Source: Bugula neritina (lineage: Eukaryota; Animalia; Bryozoa). Taken from it: a stretch of DNA of 64,000 bases. Made by a program: the position numbers and the translations under genes. Positions 26,901 through 38,900 of this stretch are shown one piece after another. Below the pieces are notes generated by a model. The model had not been told where the DNA came from, made no database searches, and saw only the letters and a list, made by a program, of their open reading frames with translations. The DNA lies in NCBI GenBank assembly GCA_964035545.1, contig OZ037765.1, positions 3,224,001-3,288,000 of the forward strand. Reading direction: 5' to 3'. Each line of letters opens with the position of its first letter. Position 1 is the stretch's first letter.

Positions 26901-29900
26901 ATCTACTATATATCCCAATAACATTCCTATATTAATCGTTGTACTAAAAGATTGTATAAAAACGTCATTATTTTTAGTTACGACTCTTTCGATATAATTT
27001 TCTTTTTTAGCTTTCGCTAATGATTTCCCAAATTTATAAACGCTCATTTATTACGGTATATAAAATTCGTCTAACCCGTGTCTATACCTCCCATTATTTT
27101 TTGAGGAAGAAAGATCTAAAGTAATAAAGCCGTGTGGTTTTTGCCATCCTTTATAACAAAAGTCTTTAAATTCGTTTAACGTTATATCTCCGGTTACGTG
27201 ATCTTGATATATATGATTTAAATTTTTTCCGTCTTGAGGAAATAAGCAAATAAAATTAGCGTTTTCTCGAATAGTGTTTCTAGGTAGCTTAAAATAATTT
27301 TGCGATAAATAAAAGCAATCGACGTTATTGTGTCGCCCTCTTACGTAATAACTTTCGCAAGTTTTTTGTTTTTCCAACATTAAATCATCAAATATTATTA
27401 AATTTTTATTATTAGCGTTTAATTCGCTATGGTCATAAACGTCGTCACTAGATTCAATAAATTCGGCGTTTATATTACCATTACCCTTACTATTTTTTAA
27501 AACACGAGTTACATTTATACCCGATTTACTATTAGTTCGTTATTTTTAAAAAAATTTAAAATTTCTTCTTTAGTTAATTTACGTTCGAAAGCCTTCCTCA
27601 TATTTATATATTCTGGTTGAGAAAGACTTTTACCGTAAATCATAAGTTTATCGTAATCGAGCCAATTAGGTTGTAATAGCAAGTTACAAAGTAACGTAGT
27701 TTTACCGCATCCAGACTTTCCAACGATAAGACCTCTTATGCTTTTAGGAAGTAAAGGATTATTATTACGATTAATTTCGTTTTTCCATGAAAGATTTTCT
27801 ATTTCAATTTAATATAATAAATGTATTGTTGTAAGTGTAAAATTAAAACGAAAACTCTTAATTACGAAAAGAGAGTAAGTAAAAATAATAGACTAATGGG
27901 TTACGGTAATTGCGGTCAATGCGGATGTAAAAAGACTACATTTGTTGGATCGGGTTTAGCGAATAATTTAATAAATAATTTACCCTTTGAATTGCATTAT
28001 CCCGGTCATAATTTTTTAGGACCCGGTACTAAATTAAATAAGCGTCTTAATGACGACACGACTCCTAAAGAATGGAGTAAACCGGTAGATCGAGACGACG
28101 CTATAGCTATGAGACACGACGTATGTTACGCGCTTAATAAAGATACTAAAACTAGAAACGAAATATGTGATAAAAATATGCTAGACGAACTAAAAGCTAT
28201 ACCTAATCCTACGCCTGCCGAACAGCGACACAGTCGTTTTGCCTCGGCGATAATAGGAGCGAAAAAGCGTTTAGGATGGGGATGGACGGACGAGTTAGCC
28301 GAAGAATTGCATAAACCGGTGCAAAAGAAGTTTCGTAAAAGACGAGTTTGGGTATCGGGTATTGATAATATTTGGGCGGCCGATTTGGTTGACATGACCG
28401 AATTCGCTAAATTTAATAACGGTTATAAATATTTACTAACGGTAATAGACGTGTTTTCAAAATACGTTTGGATAATACCTTTAAAAAATAAAACGGGTAA
28501 AGCCGTTGCTTTAGCTTTAAAAACAATTTTAAGCAGCCGTAAGCCTCAACATTTATGGGTTGATAAGGGAAAAGAGTTTTATAATAAAGACGTAAAGTCC
28601 TTAATAGACTTATATTCTACGGAAAATGAAGAAAAGTCTAGCGTAGTAGAGAGGTGGAATAGAACAATGAAAGAGCGAATGTTTAAATATTTTTCGGCTA
28701 ATAATACTTATAAATATATAGACGTACTAAAAGATTTAGTAAAACGATATAACGAGACTAAACATTTGTCTATTGGAATGACACCGATTGAAGCTAGTGA
28801 TCCTTCTAACGAAAATAAAGTACGCGTAAAATTATATCCTAATTTACCAGCGCCTTCTAAACCTAAATTCGCTATAGGCGATAGGGTGCGTATACCTCGT
28901 AAGAAACGAACGTTTGAAAAAGGTTATACCGTTAGATGGACGGAGGAGGTGTTTACTATAAGTAAAATATTATACACGAATCCGACGACTTATAAATTAA
29001 CTGGCTCGGGAGAAGAAGAAATTCAAGGATCTTTTTACGAACAGGAATTACAAAAGACGAGTCAAAAAATGTATAGAATAGAGCGCGTAATTAAAAAGAA
29101 AGGTAAAAAAGCTTTAGTAAAATGGTTGAGTTATCCCGATTCTCAAAACTCGTGGGTAGATTTAAACGTTTTAGAACGTTTATAGTGGACACAAATGTGT
29201 TTGTGTCTAGACACAAATTAAACGTAAAGTAGACACAAACACATTTGTGTCCATAAAAAGTGGACACAAATGTGTTTGTGTCCATAAAAAGTGGACACAA
29301 ATTAAACGTAAAGTAGACACAAACACATTTGTGTCCATAAAAAGTGGACACAAATGTGTTTGTGTCCATAAAAAGTGGACACAAATGTGTTTGTGTCCAT
29401 AAAAAGTGGACACAAATGTGTTTGTGTCCATAAAAAGTGGACACAAATTAAACGTAAAGTGGACACAAACACATTTGTGTCTATAAAAAGTGGACACAAA
29501 TTTGTGTTTATATAAATGAGTTATTTAAAAATTAATGATCCTATAAAAAGAGATAAGATCGTACAAGATTTTATTTCTTGAAAGAATAGAATAAAAGAAA
29601 ATTTTAAACGCGAACGCGAGCAAGAATTAAATGCCGCAATGGCTCAAGAAAAATATTTTGAACCCGTAATCGCTTCTCAAGCTCAAACGACTGAAGCGCT
29701 AAAACAATTGCGAGATTCGGTCGCATTACCAAGCTTTCAACCGGCTATAACGGACGGAATTATAAATTTAGACGAATTTACTCAGAACGCTTTAGCCGGC
29801 TTAGAACCCGGCGCTTATAACGTAAAGTGGGACGGTAATAGACACGTTATTGGTACGAAACCTATAAGCTTTAACGATGGTAAAATAATTTTTGACAACG

Positions 29901-32900
29901 AAGAATATCCGGCGACTAGAGGACTTTTAAGTCTTTTAACGCGTAAAGCGCCGATAGATTATAACGAAAATGATTTAGCGAATTACGCTAATATACTCGA
30001 TAATAGCGGTGCTATATATCAAAGTAAACACGGTCCTATAGATAAAAATAGTGAAAAATGGAGAAATATCGTTAGACCTATTTGGGAACAATTATATCCT
30101 CGGAGAGCGAAACTCGCCGATAGTAAAAAAACTAAAAGGCAAGTCGGTGATGGAGTAATTTATTTATCGTCTGATCCTAACGCTTTAGTAGAACGACTTC
30201 AACTTTTATTTTCTAGCGCTAAAGCCGGAAATACGGGTGTACAAAACGAAATTGTGGCTATATTAGACGAATTACTTAGAATGAAAATTATTACTCGCGA
30301 TTATTATAAAAGTATTCTCGTATAATAAATGTATGTTTACGATAAAAGACAACGATTACAAAGACACTACGCCGGTGGTGGAATATTTGACACCATTAAA
30401 AATGTAGTAACTAAAATAGCTAGTAATTCCAGCGTAAGAGAATTAGGTAAAAAGGCTATAGCTAAAGCGGGTACCGCGGCCGGTGAAAAAATTGTTAACG
30501 CGATTAAAAAAAGAAGACAAAAAAAGTTAAACGCTAAAAGTCAAGCTATATTACAAAAGCTTAATCAAACTAAAAATAATAATATAAGTAATATTTTAGA
30601 AGGTTCTGGTCAAGCTATAGCTTATTAAAAATCAAAATTATTTTACTATAATAAATGGACTCTCTGAACATTACACACAAAATTGTACTTGATACGAGCG
30701 TAGAGCGCGATCAAGTACACGAATACGAACCCGTAACGGGAACAAATTTAAATTACCCCGGTGAAATTAGAATAGTTATTAATCAACAAGATTTATACGT
30801 TCAGCCGAGTAAAAGTTATTTAATTATTGAAGGACGTTTAACGAAAAATGACGGAACCGCTTACGCCGACGCCGACTTAGTAACGTTAACGAATAACGGT
30901 ATGGCTTATTTGTTTAAAAGTATTAGATATCAACTCGACGGACACGACTTGGAATATATAAATAATCCCGGACACGCTTCGACCATAATGGGTTTGCTAA
31001 CCTATCCCGATGATTACGGCAAGTCGAGAGGTCTTAACCAGCTGTGGTCAAAAGACACTACCGCAACCGCTGCCGCCGCTAATTTAGGTTTTAACGCGCG
31101 CCAAATTTATATTATACAAAAGCCGGATCCTAAAGGTACTTTTAGCGTTAAGGTGGATCTCAGACATTTGTTTGGTTTCGCCGACGATTACGAAAAATTT
31201 TATACGGTATAAAACATCAACTAACGCTAGTACGCGATACCAACGATAACGCAATTTATAGAGCTAATGGCGTTGACGCCGGTAAAATAACATTGGATAA
31301 AGTATCGTGGTGGATGCCTCATATAACACCGAGTTTTGAAATGAAAAATAAGCTTTATAAGATTATAGAAAGTAAAACTCAACTTCCAATAATATATAGA
31401 TCTAGATGGTGCGACAGTATCGCTGTGCCGCAAACTACAAATTTTACGTGGCGTTTGGGTTCTAGAGGCGATACGGAAAAACCTAAATATATTATCGTAG
31501 GTTTTCAAACGGATAAGGCCGAAAGTCAAACGACTAATCCGGCCGTATTCGATCACGTTAACGTTAAAAGCGTATACGCGATGCTAAACAGCGAGCGATA
31601 TCCGGAAGTTGATTACGATATAGATTTCGCTAAAATGAAGTTTAGTAGAGTGTACGGAGACGCTTCTAAGTTTTGCGGAGAATATTACGGTATAAACGAG
31701 CTAATCGCTTATTCAAACGTTTTACCCTCGGAATACAGAGATCTTTACGCTTTGTTCGTAATAGACGTTAGTAAGCAAAGCGAGGCTCTTAAAAATAGCG
31801 TAGCCGATATTCAATTGAGAGTTCAATTTAGTCAAAACGTACCGGCTAATACTCAAGCTTACGCGCTAATTCTATCGGATAAAACTATGTCTCTTACTTC
31901 CGATGGAAACAATTTAAAAGTTATATAAATGGACAATAAAATTTTAAGAGAAATTACCGATAATACGGCTTCTAAACAAACAATGACTATAGGAGTTACC
32001 GATACTAAAACGAGAATAATTACTCAACTTAATCCGCCTATAGAATTAAATAAAAATAAAAAATACGAAATGTGTCTCATTAGTTTAGATACGTTTTATT
32101 CTTTTCCAAACATTAGTACCGATAGAAATTCCTATAGATGGTCTAAAGACGGTGGTACTACGTGGTTTTTAGTTTCGTTACCAATCGGAGTGTACGAATT
32201 AGATCAACTAGAAGAAGCTATTCAAGACGAAATAGTAAAAGAGGGGGGTAATAGAAATGGTATTACTTTACAAGCTAATAAAGTAACTTTTAGAATTATA
32301 TTAAATTAAAACCTAATTATCAAATAGATTTTAACATTGAAAATTCTATAAGAGACGTTTTAGGTTTTGACGCGAAAATATACGATCAACCTTATATCGA
32401 AGCTACGAACATAGTAAATATTTTAAATATAAACGCTATACACGTACAAGTTGATTGTATTAACGGAAGTTATATCGCTGGTACTTATAAACCCGTTATT
32501 TATTCATTTTTTCCGAGCGTTAGTCCGGGATATAAAATAATAGAAAAACCTCATAATCTAATATACTTACCCGTTCACGTTAAATATATTAAGACGTTAA
32601 CCGTTACGTTAACCGATCAAAAAGGTAATTTATTAGATCTTAGCGGTGAACAACTTTCAATAAGATTTCATTTGAGAGAAGTTTAATATATTATATAAAT
32701 GGGTTATTGCGAAATTATAGGAAACGTGCCGCAGGCGCAAAAACAAAAAATAATGAACGCTTATAGAAGCGGCAAGGGTTGCACTATTAAATTGCCTCTC
32801 GAAAGCGGAAACGATAAACTAGCCGTTACGAAAACGCAAAACGATAATATTTTAAAAGCGTTAAACGCGAATAAAAAAAATATAACGCTCGAAATGTCTC

Positions 32901-35900
32901 CGTCGTTAGTAAAAACTAACGCGTCAATGAACGGAGGATTTTTGGGACCTCTATTGGGTATAGCTACGAGATTTTTGCCTACGATATTAAAAACTATTAT
33001 ACCCGGTGTGCTTTCCGGAGCAGCTAGCGCCGGAGACAAAAGAGCTATTAATGGTAAAGGTCTTTATTTGAAAAAAGGTGGGTGCGTATGTTCCGTAGAA
33101 CCTAATTCAAACGGTTCTATTATTTTAAAACCAGTCGCGTCATCTAATTTAATGAAAGGTAACGGTTTATATTTAAAACAAGGTTCTAGTTATATAAAAG
33201 GCGAAGGTTTAATTTTAGGTCCGAATAGTCCGTTTAAAAATATTCCTCTTTTAGGCATGCTGCTATAGTTTAAGAATAAATATATAAATGGTTGACCCAA
33301 CAGTAATTACTTATAAAAGCCTCGACGGCACCCCAATTACCGAAACGATTTATAAAAATAATGATTGCGAAAAACGAGTATACGAAGGCGGTGATATTAA
33401 AGAAAGAATTATATATAAAAAATTTAATATATTAGACGAAATGACTAATCCGTCTAACGAACGCGGAATGTTCGAAGAAATTACTTATAATAATAAAAAA
33501 GAAATTATTTATAAAGAAAATGATGGAAAATTAAAAATAAAAACTATTTACAAAACTAAAGAAATAATTCAAGAATTTACCGTAAATTTAATGAATTACG
33601 CGGCGGCTAGAATACCTTCATTCTTTAGTAAACTAAAATACGCCGAAGACGAAATAGAAATAAGACGAAATATTTTATTTTTAAAATAATTAATATTATA
33701 GTTTAAAGAATAAGTATATAAATAAACGGATATTTTTGTATTGAACTTCCTTTTTTAATTAATTATATTATAATTAATTAACAAACGTTGTTACGAGCAA
33801 TTATTATATCACTTTTTTTATTCGATATTACGCTATTAATATCTTTATATTTTTTGGTTATGGCGTCGTATTCTTCTCCGTCTATATGAGCGTCGTTTAA
33901 AAATTTTGATAACATAGAATTAATTTCTAATTTATGAACCTTTTATAAACGTATATACGTCTAAATACATTAATGTAGATTTAATTAATTTAGCGTCTTG
34001 AGAAGAAATAGAAGTAGTAATTACACTCATTATACTTACTATTATAGATAATGGTAATAACGTTTGTTTAGTAACGTTAGCGTTTAATAACGCCGTAATA
34101 ATGACACCGCATATTAAATTCGTTGTACCGCATAATCCCGAAATTATTTTTAACGATTTCGATAACCAATTAAAACGATTAAGTTTTTGTTCGTATTCGT
34201 TTTCTAATTTAATAATTTCATCGTTTAAGAGTTCTAATTTTTCTCGTCGAAACTCCATTTATATAAAAAAATGATTTTTATTATTACGTTATTTTATAAT
34301 ATGGAGTTTACTAATGAATTACTCGATAAACTAATAGCTGAAGCCGAACAAAAAAATATACACCGTTACTCGAATATTTATATATACCAGTAATCAATAA
34401 TATATATCTCTTAAAGAAATTAATTTTAGAACGAGAAAACAAATTCCTAACATTAATAAATATTTTTATATAAAAAGTATTTTAAAACGAAAAGAAGAAA
34501 ATAGAGACATATAAGTATAATAAATGACGTAACGCAATCCACTCTCATGACCTCAGCCCTTATACTTCATTTTTCATATTATTACTTATTTTACATAAGT
34601 AATAATATTAAAAATTGATATTACTATTAAAGAATATGTTATATAAATGGAGTTCAATACAAAAATTACCGTTAAATTTTTAAAGGCGTTAGCTAAAAAA
34701 AGAGGATTAAAGCGATATTCTCGCTTAAAAAAAGCCGAACTTATACGGCTATTAATGCTTATGGACGAACCCGTTCCGAATATAGGACAAGCCCCGTTAA
34801 TACCTATACCCGTAAAAAAAATTATGCGGGAAATATTTACGCAAACTACGTCTAATATAAAAAAATGGGTTAAGGGTATTATAAAGCCAATTACAAAAAT
34901 TATAAATCCGATTAAGGAAAAAATTATGGTTTTATATAATCAACCTAAGCTTAAAGAACAAGCCGCTAATGGTTGGTTTCAAACTTATGAAATTAAAGGT
35001 TTACCCAAATACGATATAGATTCGTTTAGTAAACTAGTAAAATTAAATGTATTAAAATTATTAAAACATACTATAAAAGTTAAAATATTTATGTATTGTG
35101 AAATGAAAAAAACTAATATAAGTACCAGAGAAATTATTGTAGAAATTATGCCATTTACATCAAATATTGAAACTATATTAGAGTCTACGAATGTTAATGA
35201 AATATACGATGAAATAATTGAACGTATAAAAGAAAATTTTGCTTCATTAAACGCGAAAGGAAGTAATTGGATATTTAAATCCATTAAAAAAATGGAAATT
35301 AATATTAACAAATATCAGCCTTTTAACGGATCATTGTGGATTGATCTTCCGGAAGAAATTAAATTAAAGAAAGCCGTAATAAATCCTAAAAATGAGGATA
35401 ATAAGTGCTTTATGTGGGCCGTTTTAATGAGTGTTCATACGCCTAAAAACCATCCCGAAAGAATTAATAATTATAAAGAATACGTTAATAAATTTTCGTG
35501 GGAAGGCGTTGAATTTCCAGCTACTAAAAAATCTATTGACGCTTTCGAAGAGGCTAACCCCGATTTCGGAATTAATGTATTTACGTGGGATGGCGAAACG
35601 ATAAATTTATGGAAGGAAACTAAAAATCAGGGTAAAATTATAAATTTACTTTATATAAGCGACGACGAAAAGAGTCATTACGCTTATATTAAAAATTTAA
35701 ATAAATTACTCGGTTCGCAAATAAATAAACGCGTTAGCGCTAAACATATTTGCGTAAATTGTATGTGTTCGTTTCGATCTAATGAATCTTTAAAAAAACA
35801 TCAAGATTGGTGTTTATCGAATAACGGTGTAACTACGGTTTTCCCCAAACTCGAAAATAAAATAAAATTTCAGTCTAGTCACCATTGCCGTAGTATGAGA

Positions 35901-38900
35901 GTACCATTCACGGTATACGCGGACTTTGAGTGTTTTACTAAACCGATACACGGTTGTAAACCTAATCCTCAAGAAAGCTATACTAACCAATATCAGCAGC
36001 ACGAACCGTCGGGCTTCGGATATTATATCGTGAGCGTTACCGGCAAGTGCGAGTATAAAAGTTATACTAAGCAATACGAAGACGAAAATATTGGCGAACT
36101 ATTTATGAGATTATTAGAACTCGACATTAAAAACTTGTATAAGAAACATAAGTTTCCTAAACGAATGAAAATTTCGGTTAGCGAACAAGAGTCTTTCGAG
36201 TTGACTAAAATTTGTCATATATGCGAAGAAAAATTGGGTAATGACAAAGTAAGAGATCATTGTCACTTAACCGGAGACTATAGAGGAGCGGCTCATAGTA
36301 ATTGTAATTTAAATTATAAAATTCCAAAATTTTATCCGGTGTTTATACATAACTTATCGGGTTACGACGCTCATTTGTTTATTAAAAACTTAGGTGAAGA
36401 ACCTTCGTGTATACCCAATACCGAAGAAAAATATATATCTTTTAGTAAAAAATTATTGGTAGACGAATTTACCAATGAAGAAGGTAAAAACGTTAAAGTT
36501 ACGTGTGAAATTCGCTTTTTAGACTTGTATAAATTTATGAGTTCTAGCTTAGCGAGTTTAGTAACGAATTCAAAACGCGACGACTTTAAATACTTGCAAA
36601 AGCATTACGCGGAAAATCAATTAAACTTATTATTAAGAAAAGGAGTATTTCCGTATGATTATTTTAATAGTGTAAACGTGTTAAATGAAACGTCTTTACC
36701 TCCTAAAGAAAAATTTTACTCGAGTTTAACCGAACAAGGTATTTCAGACGAAGATTACACGCACGCTCAAAACGTTTGGCGAGAATTTAATATAAAAACG
36801 TTTAAAGAATATCACGACTTATATATGAAAGTCGATGTGCTACAATTAGCTGACGTTTTTGAAAACTTTAGAAACGTATGCCTCGAGCACTATAAATTAG
36901 ATCCCGTTTGGTATTATACGGCTCCGGGTTTAAGTTGGGACGCTATGCTCAAAACCACTAAATTAGAGTTAGATCCTATTACCGACGTTGATCAATTACT
37001 TTTCTTTGAAAAAGCTATTAGAGGCGGTGTAAGCATGATTAGTCATAGATACGCTAAAGCCAATAATAAGTACATGGAAAATTATAACGCTAGCGAGCCT
37101 AGCAGTTATATTACTTATTTGGACGCTAATAACTTATACGGATGGGCTATGTCCAAAAATTTACCTACGGGTAATTTTAAGTGGATGACTGAAAAGCGAT
37201 GTAGAGACTTGGAAAAAAGTTTAAACTTTCCACCTAGCTTTTTGGAAGTAGATTTGGAATATTCTAAAGAGTTACACAACTTTCATAAAGATTACCCGTT
37301 TTGTCCGAAAAGGTTAACAATTAATAAAGTGGAAAAACTAATTCCAAATTTAAATAATAAAAGAAATTACGTTATACACTACGAAGCGTTAAAACAGTGT
37401 CTTATGTACGGCTTAAAGCTTACGAAAATTCATAGAGGTATAACATTTAATGAATCCAATAAACTTAAAGAGTATATAAATTTAAATACTAAATTAAGAA
37501 CTTTAGCTCGGAGCGATTTTGAAAAAGATTTCTTTAAGCTAATGAATAATTCCGTGTTTGGTAAAACGATGGAAAATATTCGTAATAGAGTTGACGTTAA
37601 ATTAGTTACTAGCGAAAGCGAAGCTAAAAAATTAACTAATCAGCCTAACTTTAAAAATTTTACTATATTTTCTGAAAATTTAGTAGCGGTTCATATGAAC
37701 GTAACTAAATTAAAATTTAATAAACCCGTATATTTGGGAGCGGCAATTTTAGATATTAGTAAAATCCTTATGTATGACTTCCATTACGAGTATATTAAAC
37801 CAAAATACGGTAATAAGGCTCAGTTATTGTTTACGGATACAGATAGCTTAATGTATGACGTACAAACTGAAGATTTTTATAAAGATATATTACCGGATAT
37901 TGAAAATAAATTTGATACGAGTAATTATCCTAAAAATCATAAATTATTAAATAATAAAAATAAAAAGGTGATAGGTATGTTTAAGGACGAAGCCGGTGGT
38001 AAACAAATTACAGAATTTGTAGGCCTAAGAGCTAAGTTGTACTCTTACAAGATGGATGGTATAGAAAAGAAAAAGTGTAAGGGTATTAATAAGACTACGC
38101 AAAAGAATCGTATAACGTTTGACGATTATAAAGAATGTTTATTAACGCGACAAGATCAGCTTAGAACGATGAATGTTTTAAGAAGTCATAAGCATACGAT
38201 GTACGCTGAGACTATAAATAAGGTGGCGTTATCATCCGAAGACGATAAAAGAATTATACTAAAAAACGGTATAAGTACGGTTCCATACGGCTATAATAAA
38301 TGAATAAAGCTCTTTCGAATATTGAATTAGAGTTCGCGATTAAAAAATTAAAAATTCCTAATTTTAGGGGAGTTTTTTCTAGAAATGACTTACCCAATAA
38401 GCCGCGTAAAAAAGAGTGTGGTATATTAAATCTAGACGATTTAATGGGTAATGGTACTCATTGGGTAGCTTGGTATAAAAACGAAAATAAAAAATATTAT
38501 TTCGATAGTTTTGGATTACATCCTCCTTTAGCAATAATGAAATATTTAAAAGGACCAGTATTTTATAACACGGAACGTGTGCAAGAATTCGGTACGGTTA
38601 TATGCGGACACTTGTGTTTATATTGGCTTAAAGAAATGTCTAAACGCGAAACGCCTCAATTATTTATAAATAAATTACTAATATAAATGAGTTCAGTTTA
38701 TATTTTTGGAAATTCGGCTAAAGCCAATATAATAAATGAAAAACCGTATATTACGGATATTATAATTCCGTCAGAATTTACGTATTATTCCGAAGGATTT
38801 GCTGCTACGTTAGTTAAAGATTTTTTAATCGATGAACCAATTGAAATAACAAATATATTAGTACAATTTTACGGTGAACAAGCTCATAATACTAAAGAAC

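Noticed and set aside
29091-29499. Three overlapping minus-strand ORFs with repetitive peptides
   Set aside because: Artefacts of the stop-free 31-bp repeat
29184-29510. CRISPR-like array of palindromic repeats
   Set aside because: No unique spacers, no cas genes, eukaryotic viral context; it is a tandem palindromic minisatellite
31185-31215. Programmed ribosomal frameshift in the major capsid gene
   Set aside because: No in-frame canonical X XXY YYZ heptamer or evident stimulatory structure; similar 1-nt indels hit several genes, so mutation or assembly error is more likely
34301-34515. Small ORF MEFTNELLDKLIAEAEQK upstream of pPolB
   Set aside because: Short, interrupted and lacking the ATAAATG start motif; cannot be supported as a gene
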